Part shown: in pieces, positions 10,721 through 22,660 of the stretch | Numbering within the stretch: position 1 is the first letter of the stretch | How the letters are laid out: every line of letters begins with the position of its first letter | NCBI GenBank assembly: GCA_951406725.2 | Contig: OX597821.1 | Span: forward strand, 56,792,001 to 56,856,000 | Direction: 5' to 3' | Length of the DNA stretch: 64,000 nucleotides | Source: Octopus vulgaris | Lineage: Eukaryota | Notes under the pieces: model-generated | Databases searched by the model: none | The model's input: the letters and a program-made list of their open reading frames with translations, nothing else | What the model was told of the DNA's origin: nothing | Made by a program: the position numbers and the translations under genes

Positions 10721-11230
10721 AGTAAAGGTGAAATGCTGGAATAGAACGAATAAAATGCTGGAATAAATCGAATAAAAGTGTACCTACGTTTGTCCATTAT
10801 AACCGAGAACCAGCGTATGACTTCATTAGTATTTGACCAAATGTTGAAAGAAATAGCAGTAGAGAAAGAAGGACCATATGTTGAAAGAAAAAAGTGGCAA
10901 TAGAAAAGGAATTAAACTGTCGAATACAGCTTTCCTTCAGTGTCCTTTATAGGTAGGGCAAATAAAACACCTTGTTGGGTTCTCCATGAAGTTTTCTTTA
11001 TGGTCTTTTAAATTAACACTAGGATATTTAGTCTTTACTGGTTCAGTGCAGCCCTATAATTGTAATCCGCAAATTACCCCACGAGTATCACAATTGATGT
11101 TATCCAAAGTTGATTTGGGTGTAATTTTATAGTTCTCACGTAAATGCTTTAGAAGATTTGAACCTGTATTTCAACCTGTACCGCACTGTTATTCTAAATG
11201 AATTACATACGAAAAAGTACAGGTATATAT

Positions 11231-11266
11231 GTATGTGTGTGTGTGAGAGAGAGAGAGAGAGTGTGT

Positions 11267-11314
<48 letters not shown>

Positions 11315-11343
11315 ATACGTACGCATGTATGTATCTATGTATG

Positions 11344-11374
<31 letters not shown>

Positions 11375-11483
11375 ATATGGATGGATGGATGGATGGATGG
11401 ATGGTTGGATGGATGGATGGATGGATGGATGGATGGATGGATGGATGGATTCATATATGTATGTTGTGTAGATGTATGTATGT
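11231..11483. repeat. Compound microsatellite (GT)n/(GA)n/(GTAT)n/(GGAT)n
   Basis: Read directly. Confidence 0.95.
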
Positions 11484-12404
11484 AATATAAAGTATGTGTG
11501 TGTTCTAAAGTTAGATAAGTGGCGACAAACTAGTCTACTAAACACTTTGTCTGGGGTCTTATCTGTACCACTTCCTTGAGCAGATTTTTTCATTTTTGTT
11601 TCATTTTTTACTTTGCGTTTATTTTTATTTTTTACAACCACGCATTTTCCCAAATTACCAGCCAGGACTATAAACTAATTAAGATAGTGATTTGAAATAT
11701 AAGGTAGTTTTGAACTGTTGCCCTCGTGTATTTTATCCACTCCCTCAATAAATTCTTTTGTACATATCAAAGGTTTCTCTTGTTCCACCATGTAGATGGT
11801 GAGCGAATCACATTACATGTTTGTTTGTTTGTTTAAAATTGACATGGAGATGGCGGATGTATTTGCCATGATGTAATCTATGAAAACATTAATAAAATTG
11901 CAAAGTTTGAACCCCACTTGTCTTCTTCTGAATATGTTCAAAAAATGCACGTAATATATATAAGCATAAACAAACGGAACAAACGGAAAATACGTCCAAA
12001 GGAAAGCAGCAATTTAACGCCTTTAACGATAATGTTGTTCCCTATGGTGGCGTCAGCAACTTGGAGCCAGCGGGAAATATCGCGCACACGAACAAGGGAC
12101 CAAACACAACAAAAAGTGAACATACAAACTTAAAATAAATACGCAGTGTACAATATACATTATACAAACGAATTAATATTCAAGGCGAGGCGAGTAGTGA
12201 ATGGCCAAGGGACAAATACGAAAGCAAACACGACGGAATGCGGACATACAAACGAAAATGAAGTAAATAAAGAGTAAATTCGAAATCCCTTAACTTCAAA
12301 TTCGAAATCGCTTGAAATTGGTAAACGTTTGGTTGAAAATGGGTTACAGACAATCTGATTGGGAAATCCCATAAGGAATCGGTTCATCCATTTTTCCACT
12401 CATC

Positions 12405-12440
12405 GATTATATATATGTATAGAATATATATATATTCTAG

Positions 12441-12508
<68 letters not shown>

Positions 12509-12655
12509 TCTGTATATATCCATATATATTCTATATATATATATATATATTGCATAGTCTATATAAATATATATACAATATATATGTTCTCTCTCCCCCT
12601 CTCTCTCTCTCTATATATATATATATATGTATGTGTATATATATATATATATGCA
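12405..12655. repeat. (TA)n-rich microsatellite
   Basis: Read directly. Confidence 0.95.
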
Positions 12656-13371
12656 CACTAGCAGTATAGGCGGTCTGCATTAAGTTAGGATTATTATGCT
12701 AATCAATCGCTTTGTTTCAAACCAAACTAAGTAGCTCCGACGTCATATTCGAAATCTCTTGAAGTTGGTAAATGTCGTGGTCGAAAATGAGGTATAGCCA
12801 ATTTATTGAGAAATCCTAAAAGGAATCAGTTTATCGATTGTTCATCCTGATTGAATGGAAAACCCCATAAGGAATCAGTGTATTGATTTGTCACCCCTAA
12901 TAGGACTTAACCGAACGCAACATTGCTGATTCAAAAAGTCTATATTTATACTTTAAAGTTGGTTTTCACACCCAGCCCAGTTCTTCAGAATCAGTGTCGC
13001 GACAGGAACGCATGGGCTGGGAGTTTGACCGGCAGAGATCATCAGGTTGCACATGCTGGCCCTTTCGAAACTACCACCCCAGAATCTAAACCTCCTTGGC
13101 CCATGGCTTGGGAGCCCTTCCAGTAAGGATAAAAGAACTCCCAAAAGGGCTCCCGATCCTCTGTGTCAGAAGAGTTTATGTTCGGATCACAACTAAGCCT
13201 TAACCTAAGCCTAAGGTAACCTAGCGAAAGGGAGCTCAGAAGCATCTGAAAGGTAATCCCGATCTAGGCCTAAACCCTGCTAGGAGTACTATCGATCAAG
13301 GCTGCATCGAAGATATGCAATGGAGAAAGTTGCATCGAAGGTTTGCACGCTATTTTTACCTTTCTTCTTCT

Positions 13372-14849
13372 AAATTATAGTAACTATTGAATTTATATTC
13401 AATTATAAATATTTAGGGGTGAAAAAAGTATTCGTAGAGAACATAAATAACTAATAATTCTGATTTAATACTTCGTAGCATAACCATTATTCAATTCCAC
13501 TTCAACCAATCTCTTCTTGTAGTTCTTAATCAATAACTCGCATGTTTCTTTAGGAATTTTTTCCCATTCTTCTTGACAAATTTTCCTCAAAACTGCAATG
13601 CACGTTGGAGCTCTTGAATGGATTTTAATTTTCAAATAACGCCATAAATTTTCAATGGGGTTCAAATCAGGTGACTGGCTTGGTCATTCTAATAATTTTA
13701 TATTGTGATCGACAAACCATTTTTTGGTAGACTTCGCCGTGTGCTTAGGGTCGTTATCCTGTTGTAAAATCCACCCTTCACAAAGTTGGAGCTTTTCTAC
13801 AGAGTCTCAAAAATTATTGTTCAAAATATTTTGGTACGTCTCTGCATTCATTCTACCATCTATCACACGTAAATTGTTAGTACCATTTGCAGAGAAATAC
13901 CCCCACACCATGATGTTGCCAATTCCAAACTTTACAGTAGGAATTGTGTTTTTCGGCGAATAGGCGGTACCATCTTTCCTCCAAACATGGCTACGCGAAT
14001 TTCGTCCAAACAATTCAATTTTCGACTCGTCTGTCCATAGAACATTTTCGCAGAATGTATCAGATTTATCTTTATTTTCATAAACAAATTTTAAATGGGC
14101 ATCTCTATGTCTTTTAGTCAACAGCGGAGTTTTTCAAGGAGAGCGTGACTTCAGTTCATTCCTATGAAGTTCATTGCTGATTGTTCGTAGAGTAACACTA
14201 GTCCCTGAAGCTAACAAATCTTCTTGCAACTCCTTTCTGGTGATCATTGAGTTTTTTTCGATACTTCGCTTCATTTTTCTTAAAGATCTAGGGGAAATCT
14301 TGCGCGGTGCACCGGATCTTATTCTGTTTTCAACAGTTCCTGATTTTTTATATGTTTGAATAAATGAAGATATGATAGAAAATGGAGTACAAAGGGTCTC
14401 TGATATTTTCCTGTAACTTTTACCTGCTTTCTACTGTTCAATAATTAAGTTTTTCACTGAATTTGTGAGTTCTTTACGTTTCGCCATTATAACGATACTG
14501 CTTTATGTTGTCACAGTGCTGAATGAAGAAGCTAGCGCTTTGACACTTAAAAATGACAACTGATACGATTATTGGAACAAACGAGAAAGTTCTAGTGAAA
14601 AAAGCATATTTTAACAATATTTTGTGGCATAGAAAATCATAAACTTACTCTTTACGAATACTTTTTTCACCCCTAAATATTTATAATTGTATATAAATTC
14701 ATTAGTTACTATAATTTATTAGTTTCTTTTGCATATTCTTAGTTTATATATGTGTATGCAAGTATAGTATTGGTATATCCCATTTATGTTCATTAGAAAT
14801 TAGATAAATAATTTTGACATGCACGAATATTTATCCCCACCCCCACTGT
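13372..14849 (-). mobile_element. Tc1 (DD34E) transposon with long IR/DR termini; transposase pseudogene 13465-14487
   Basis: [50 protein letters not shown]; inverted repeats ~13372-13435 and ~14652-14717; outer end ...cccactgTA; left outer end missing. Confidence 0.9.
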
Positions 14850-14853
14850 ATAT

Positions 14854-14933
<80 letters not shown>

Positions 14934-14993
14934 TATTTATTCTATATATATATATTCTATATATATATATACATAAATATTTTATAAATATAT

Positions 14994-15039
<46 letters not shown>

Positions 15040-15116
15040 TATAGATATATAAGCATATATATATATTCTATAGATATATATATATTTATATAGATATATA
15101 TATTTATATATATATC

Positions 15117-15158
<42 letters not shown>

Positions 15159-15199
15159 TATATTTATATAGATATACATATATTTATTTTTTATATATA

Positions 15200-15247
<48 letters not shown>
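14850..15247. repeat. Long degenerate (TA)n tract
   Basis: Read directly. Confidence 0.95.
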
Positions 15248-15250
<3 letters not shown>

Positions 15251-15281
15251 TCACACACACACATAAATGCACACGCACATA

Positions 15282-15900
15282 TACAGAGGAGTGTTCGGGC
15301 TAGCTTTAACAGTTATCATAAAAGGCAAATAAAACACAGTATACCATCTAAGGATAAAAATATTTTAAAATATCGGAAAATAACAAGAGTATGCTGGGAG
15401 GGATAACTCGATGTAGCCGCTCTTAGTTTGAACCACAACCTCAAGACGACTTCGGATTTTGGTGCATGCGTTCTTATAATATTGGGAAGATATCCGATCA
15501 TCTCTTTGATCTGAGCCGACTACTCGACCTTGAAGTTACAGGCAGAGCGGTTACTGCTTTTCTCAACTGCGCCCCAGGATTACAATCGAGGAATTTGAGG
15601 GTGAGGGAGGCCGTAGAAATTCACCGACAACACTTTTGACTCTTTCCGAGACGCTCTTTCCTGCTGCCTCACATATGGCTTTCCACTAGCAAACCCCTCC
15701 AGCCAAGGATTGACCACAATCTCCAGTAGTTTTATATAGCCGTCAGAACTGGGCCTAAAGTCTTGTTCAAAGGTGTGGAATCAATTCTGACGTTGGGATA
15801 CAGTCAGAACGTCCACTGTGTCCCTTCATACTGGCCAATGTTTCTTGGTCTCCGTTGTTGTTGGTGTCCATGTCACGTTTTACAAACTTTACAGTTTTCA
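15282..15900 (-). mobile_element. Highly decayed mariner-type element
   Basis: TA-cag terminus; minus-strand remnants resembling SPNSPDCNP and GKPYV.QQ, similar to the element at 46228-47084. Confidence 0.5.
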
Positions 15901-16132
15901 CAGAGCGTTAAACAGCAGTCCTAATGTCGGACTCAAATCTTCATGAAACAGGTAACTCTTTTCTAATATTCAGACAGACTCGAGTCCTTCATGGCGGTTT
16001 TATTTTCTCAACTATAACTTTAATCGGGATGCACTCGAATGCTGTTGACTGTTCACCAATATACCACTCTGTTCTGAAAGTAAATCGGAGACAAATCGTC
16101 AAATTTAGCCGGAGCACCCTGTATGCAGGCGC

Positions 16133-16285
16133 AGGCGTGGCTGTGCAATAAGAAGCTCGCTTCCCAAACATGAGACCGTATGTTCAGTCTTACTGTGCGA
16201 TACCTTGGGTAAGTGTCTTCAACTGTAGCCCCGAACCGACCCATGTCTTGAGATTGGATTTGGCTGAACCTGAAACAAGCCCACC

Positions 16286-16287
<2 letters not shown>
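16133..16287 (+). mobile_element. tRNA-derived SINE 5' part (family B)
   Basis: ggcgtggctgtg..aagaagctcgcttccc...gttcagtc...accttgggtaagtgtcttc; similar to 51965-52120. Confidence 0.65.
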
Positions 16288-16332
<45 letters not shown>

Positions 16333-16390
16333 GGGGGGTGTTTGTGTGTGTGTGTGTGTGTGAATTTTTTCTATGCCCTTAATTTTATAT

Positions 16391-16453
<63 letters not shown>

Positions 16454-16459
<6 letters not shown>

Positions 16460-17010
16460 ATGTTACATTACTCGGTAGTCAAGATAAAACTCTGAGTTTC
16501 AGATGCCGAAGTGGAAATCCACAACACCATCTCTTCGGTTATCTGGCTATTTGAAAACGTTATGAAAAAATACCGTTAAATAAAGGGAAATTACTCTGTT
16601 ATAACTCTGCTTGCCTGCGTACTTATACATCGCTCGCATAAAAATTATATAAAAATACATAAAAAATATATTAAAAAAATATATAAAAATATATAAAAAT
16701 ATATAAATTCTTCTTGGGACATAACATAGAAAGCATGTTCTATCTGTTTTCTTTAGGGGACCAAAAACGTAACAGAAATTTAGTCACAGAGTTATAACAG
16801 AGTAATTTCCCTTTATTTAACGGTACTTTTTCATAACGTTTTCAAATAGCCAGATAACCGAAGAGATGGTGTTGTGGATTTCCACTTCGGCATCTGAAAC
16901 TCAGAGTTTTATCTTGACTACCGAGTAATGTAACATATTGTATAGATAAATTTCCTCTATTTACATAATATTGAGGTCTCTTTCTTTCTTTTGTTATCTT
17001 ACCGTTTTAT
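16454..17010. mobile_element. TA-inserted non-coding element with 156-bp inverted arms, each holding a hammerhead-like fold
   Basis: 16454-16609 is the reverse complement of 16787-16942 with one mismatch seen; 177-bp spacer; (TA)n on both flanks. Confidence 0.85.
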
Positions 17011-17012
17011 CA

Positions 17013-17046
<34 letters not shown>

Positions 17047-17289
17047 ATATATAAAATTAAGGGCATAGAAAAAATTATACACACACACCATACAGCACCT
17101 ATATCAGTGGTAGACCATAAAAAGAAAGTAAGTCGCCCCTTCCGTCCGTAAACTGGGGCGGCACCTTGGGCAAGTGTTACCAACTTCTTAGCCACCCGCG
17201 CCATACACGAACTTCTGTTTGTTTATATGACAATAATAAGTAAGTCGTATGTGTTATTTCATATATCAATACAGTAATGGCAAGTATAC

Positions 17290-17402
17290 ACAAGGCTTTG
17301 GTCGGCACAGAGTTGTAATGAAAGAGAATTTCCCAACGTGCCGCACAGTGGGACTGAACCCAGGGCGAAATGGCTGGAAAGTAAGATTCTTAACCACACA
17401 GT
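17290..17402 (-). mobile_element. SINE family B head fragment
   Basis: Minus strand tgtgtggttaagaatcttacttt...gggttcagtcccactgtgcggcac. Confidence 0.55.
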
Positions 17403-17550
17403 CACGTTTATAAAAGTGAGATACATTTTGGATAATATACTCCTTGACACAATATGCTTAACAAAAGACGGGATGTTTACGGCGAATAGACCTTTGATTT
17501 CAATATTTACTCGAGCAACGCAGCAACTAACAGCGCTACACTATAGTGTA

Positions 17551-17993
17551 TACAGGGTGTTCTAGAATCAACTATCTGTTTCAATGAAACTGAGCAAATT
17601 ATTTAAAAACTGCCAGGATTTTATGTTTATTACCAAAACACATAGATTTATAAAACTTAAGTCAAACTTTTATTGACTTAATCTCTCCTTAGAGTTGTGA
17701 AACACATTTTGAAGCATTTCAGGAATTAGCGCCTGCACTGCAAACTGAATGTGTTCTTTAAGCTCAGCTAAACGATTGCTCCAGCTTGGGGATGGAGGTA
17801 AAGAAAATGATTACTAACAAATTGAAAAAAGGCTATCATGGGCAAATAAGAGAGGTCCAACAGGAATGACAATAAAATTATAAACAAAATTCAAAATTTA
17901 CACACTTTACACAATTTACAACATAGATAAAAGTGAGTTTTAAAAAAATGCATTTGATTTCACTTATATCATCGTTAATTCTGGGACACCCTG
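17551..17993. mobile_element. Tc1/mariner-derived MITE
   Basis: TIRs cagggtgttctagaatcaac / gttaattctgggacaccctg; TA at the left end. Confidence 0.7.
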
Positions 17994-18499
17994 CACTTAC
18001 TCGTCCGACTAAACGGGGTAGGGAATACAGGGGGGTCACTAATTGCAGTTGACGAGCATAGCTTCCGGAAGTGGTCACGCGGTCAAACTCAAATGGCTGT
18101 GAGTCACAACAGCAGTTTGTTTTTTCACGTGAACATTTTGCATTATATAGTTCAAACATGGATGACATAGAAAGCAGACATGCTGCCGGGCCATGATGCG
18201 TTGCGCAGGATTGGAAACGGGAAATATCAACTGGACATTTCTGGAGAATGGATGAATGAGTTTGTTGTGCCTTTATCCAGCCGCACACACACGCACATGG
18301 CCCGCACATGCGCGGGATGGTAATATGAAGCATCAGCAGGGCGTCGACAAAAATTTTAATGTTCTTCACATTTCCTCTGCCAAATTGAACAAAAAGGTTT
18401 TCATGAAATATTATACTCTACTTATAATGCATAAGTAGTGTCAATATTTTATCGTCGGATAATGGCCTCAAACAAAGATAAAACCCAGTGGAGGAGCAT

Positions 18500-18777
18500 A
18501 GTCGGCGTCGGAACTTTTTTTCTTTTTTTAGTCAACAGCAATTCGAGGAGCCTGATTAATGTTTGTTGCAAATTTGGAGGAGAGTGACCGGATACTCTTC
18601 AAGTTACGGGCCTTAAAAGTACGATTTATCTACCTCTGGGCCCGCATTAGGCACGAAGTTGAAAATTTTGTTGGCCCATGACACTCCATAGACCCTATGT
18701 AATGCATGTGTAAAATTTCAATAAAATCGGTTGGGTAGATCTCAAGTTTTAATGACATGACAGACACACATCCTGTG

Positions 18778-18780
<3 letters not shown>
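18500..18780 (-). mobile_element. Helitron/HINE-like short repeat related to 2690-2972
   Basis: Shared atgacactcc..gacccta.gtaa.gcatgtgtaaaattt.aat.aaat.ggttg block; ends in (TA)n. Confidence 0.5.
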
Positions 18781-18812
<32 letters not shown>

Positions 18813-18817
<5 letters not shown>

Positions 18818-19076
18818 AAAAAAACACCTTTTATTAATTCAAAATGAACAATTAAATTACACCATCTAGAAAATTACATATAATAGAAAAATTGAAAATT
18901 AGAGTAACAATAAAATATCAAGGATTAAGTAAATTACTATATACGTTTCTATTATTATTCTTTGCAATTTACTTAATCTTCGTTATTTTAATTTTCAATT
19001 TTTCTATTATATGTAATTTTCTAGATGGTGTAATTTAATTGTTCATTTTGAATTGATAAAAGGTGTTTTTTTTCTA
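18813..19076. repeat. AT-rich foldback inverted repeat (~88-bp arms)
   Basis: 18813-18901 vs 18989-19076 are near-perfect reverse complements; inner pair gattaagtaaatt/aatttacttaatc. Confidence 0.85.
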
Positions 19077-19261
19077 ATTTTTTATATATATATTATATTG
19101 TGTGAAATTTGATTTAGTATTCTAAATTGAATTTTTTCCTTGTAAGTTTGGATTTTATTCCCTCAAATAATAATTATATATATATATAAGGTGTATGTAT
19201 TATTACAACCCCTTACTACTGCAGTATTTACTTTCAGAGATTCTCTCATATAGACGTACAT

Positions 19262-19879
19262 TACTAAGAACACAGACATATATCGTTAGCAGTGAAGAAC
19301 CACTTGTCGCTTGAACTGCCAGATCACGCGATTTCAGCATGCATCCTCAGTGGCAAGCGCCCTCTCACCGCATGCCTTCCTAATCTCAATGGCAACTGTA
19401 TATAGAAAAACAATGACCCCTTCAGTCACTATTATCGCCAGCTGCCAGCACTCCCTTTAGAAAATGAATGTTGGCGACGGAAACAGTATTAATACCCAAT
19501 GATAATCTGCGTATCCTATCTCAAGTGCATGTATTATTAGAACGCCGTGTTACTGTGGTATTTGCTTTGAGAGACAAGAGCCGTCCGGAATGGGCACCAG
19601 AACAATCAGATGGCCTGATTTCAGCGTGCATACGTTCCTTCAGTAGCTGGTGTGTCTGTCCAGGCACTCCGTCACAAATAGACAGCAGGCTCTTTTAAAT
19701 AATAAATAATAGCTCTATTGTTCTAATATATCGTTGTAAGTGAGATCTAGCTGGCATGCGGCAAGCGGACGCTTACTACTAATGAAAAGTATGTACGCTG
19801 AAATCATAAGATCTGGCAGTTCCAGCGCCCATGTTAGTCGGTTCTCTCTCTACTAATGATATGTGTCTTTGCTCTTAGT
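19262..19879. mobile_element. MITE-like element with imperfect ~80-bp TIRs
   Basis: actaagaacacagacatatatcgttag...gaactgccagatc..gatttcagc vs gctgaaatc..gatctggcagttc...ctaatgatatgtgtctttgctcttagt. Confidence 0.65.
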
Positions 19880-21679
19880 GCTGCACCTGTATATGAGAGG
19901 ATCTCTCAAAGTGAATACCGCAGTAACAATGCGTTCTAATAATACATCCACTTGAAGCAGGATATAAAGATTGCCATTCGGTATTAATACTGCTTCCATT
20001 GCTAATATTTATTGTGTGTGTGTTTGTCGCCATCCCCACACGACTGGACAACTGGTGTTGTCTTGTTCGACTAAGCCCCTTTTGTATGTGTGTATGTATG
20101 TATGTATATATGTATGTATGTGTGTATGTATGTATGTATGTATGTATGTATGTATGTATGTATGTATGTATATACTCACAGAGACAATGTAAAGAAGTGT
20201 GTATGTGAGTGTAACAAATCAAACCAGTATACTGTCGCTTATAGATTTGATGAGAAAACTTCAAATATTGTGGTAAATTATGAAAATATTACGTAACGAG
20301 TTTTCTCATTCAACATGATATTTATTTAAATTACACAACTCCATTAAAATATTGCTATCATAAATCAGAGGAAAGCCGAAATAGTGACTTGAAACAGTTA
20401 GTATTACAATTTATGAATTATGTCTTTTGCTATTGAAGCAAACACAGCTTTGCCTCCAATAACAAGCCCTCACTTTTGCTGGAACACATCCTCTTTCATA
20501 TCTCTAAATTGAAAGATACTATTTCCCAAATTCATAAATGTCAAGAATTCGTTCAATTCATAATCTAAAATATGTAACTTTTTTTCCGTTCTGTAAATGA
20601 ATGGTAAACAGATGTGTTAATGTCAGCACTAAAATGTTATCAATGTACAAAATAGAGCAATAATATTAGCAGAAGGAAAATTGGTCAGTAATGAAATGAC
20701 TAATGGTAATATTTAAAGCTCGTATGTGTCCAGTAATTAATTTAGACTAATAATCTAAAAAATAATTTCAAATGATAATAAACCTAGCATATTCTAATCC
20801 ACTAATATTAAGCGTAACACAGAAAACGAGTCAAGTTTTCGTTAATTGGCTATGTAATTATGAATTCGAAATAGAAATATAAGATATAACTATTTCATTT
20901 AGCTTCATTAAAATTTTTTAATTCACGAATATGAATAAAAATAATGACACTTAATCGCTGGAAATGTGCATAAAATAAACAGGCTCCGCCATAGCAATGA
21001 TTCCGTTTTCATAATATCTAAGTGGCATAGTATCGAGTTCTATAGCAGTAAACTTTGATATGTAATAGTACATCCAACGAGAGAAAAAATCAAAAAAAAC
21101 TTCTCTTATATATTCGATATTAATTTATCACTTTGATGTAGTGCCACGCATTTGTAAAGAAAAAATATGGTCGGTTGAGTCAATCTCGATACGTTAGTAG
21201 CACTTGCATTAGTAATAGCTATATGAAATTAAATGCCACATTTGTGACTCACGAACATTATACTCTGTTACTTTAGTTAGAGTAAGCGTAAAAGAGATCT
21301 AAATAGAAATAACTGTGCAGTAAGAAAAAGACAGCTCAATGGCTAATAGCATTTAAATAGATGGGTGAATTCCTAAGCAGATAAACGGTATTGTACAATG
21401 GCTGGCGTAAAAAATTAGCATACTCACGCATGAAAAACAGCTAAGTTAGTGTTAACATATATATTACAATAAGTATCACAAACCTAATTAGAAATTATTA
21501 TGCAGTAAACAAAAAAGTCAACATTATCACAATGATTAAAAGTCAGCGAGAGCATCGATGGCACTTTTGAATTTTTCCTACCGACCAATCAATTCCCATG
21601 CCCTAAACACCCCGGAAAGCGAGGGAGCTCGCCGCGAAGTTTATATCCTGATAATTTTATCTCTCTCTCTGTAATGGAT

Positions 21680-22660
21680 TTTTAAAAGAAAAGAAGAAAG
21701 GAAGTAAAAGCTACCGCCCGAGGGATCACATTTCGCACATGCACAACCACTATGTCAAGCGAATGATGAAAGTAAATGAAGGGAAAAGTCAGAGAATTGT
21801 TTATATGGATGAAAGCCACATCTACAAGAAATATTGTCGGCACGAGATTCATCGTATGATCCAAATGACGAGCACGATCTTACAACTATTGAATGTCACA
21901 AAGGACAGTGATATTGTTTCATTGCTGCAATTATAGATGCCGATCATAGTATTCCGAGCGATCAACGATCGGCTGGATGACTGATAGATATGCTTGATAT
22001 CTTTCAACGGGAAAAGAACCAAACGAAAGATTATCATGGTATGTTTGATCACGAATAATTTGCCAAATGGATGAAGCAGTTATTGCTGTCTTCGAAAGGG
22101 AGAAATATGCCCAATGCTCTTATCATGATGGACAATACCAAGTACCATAAAAATCTACCCGAAAATATGCCGAGAAAGAACAAGAAAGCAACATTACAAG
22201 AAGCGTGTACAAAATATGGAATTGGTTCTGATGGCAACGAAACGAAAGCTATTTTATGGAGTAAACTGCATCCGTATACCCAAGGTAATTTAATTCCTGT
22301 TACTGCAAGAATGGCTCAAGATGTAGGATATGAAGTACTATTTTCACTACCTCATTACTCGTATTTGCAATCAGTTGAGACTGCCTGGGCTGTTGTAAAA
22401 GGAGAGGTTGGTAGGCAATATACAAATGACGCTACATTCTAAGATGTACTTAAACGTTTGAAAGGTGCTTTAATTACCTGAAAGCAAATACTGTTCAGTG
22501 ATGCACCGATAAAGCAAACAGGAATCTGAGAAGTCTATGGGAACACATAGAGTCTATGGAAGATGCTTATATTGAAAATGCTTTAAATGAATATATGGGT
22601 TCTAGTGGTTCCTCTGATTATGAGGAAAGCGTTACCAAGGACTCTGATAATGATGATTAA
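21680..22660 (+). pseudogene. IS630-Tc1-mariner transposase with long D-E spacer (DD81E, Sailor-like), disrupted
   Basis: IVYMDESHI, KGQ.YCFIAAI, KDYHGMFDH, IMMDNTKYHK, LPHYSYLQSVETAWAVVKGEV; 81 residues between the second D and E in ORF 22071..22442. Confidence 0.75.

Noticed and set aside
11158-11653. ORFs rich in YI/CV/HT/WMDG/poly-I/N/D repeats, here and throughout the window
   Set aside because: Translations of microsatellites
13190-13280. Interstitial telomeric repeat
   Set aside because: Only scattered cctaa words, no tandem TTAGGG array
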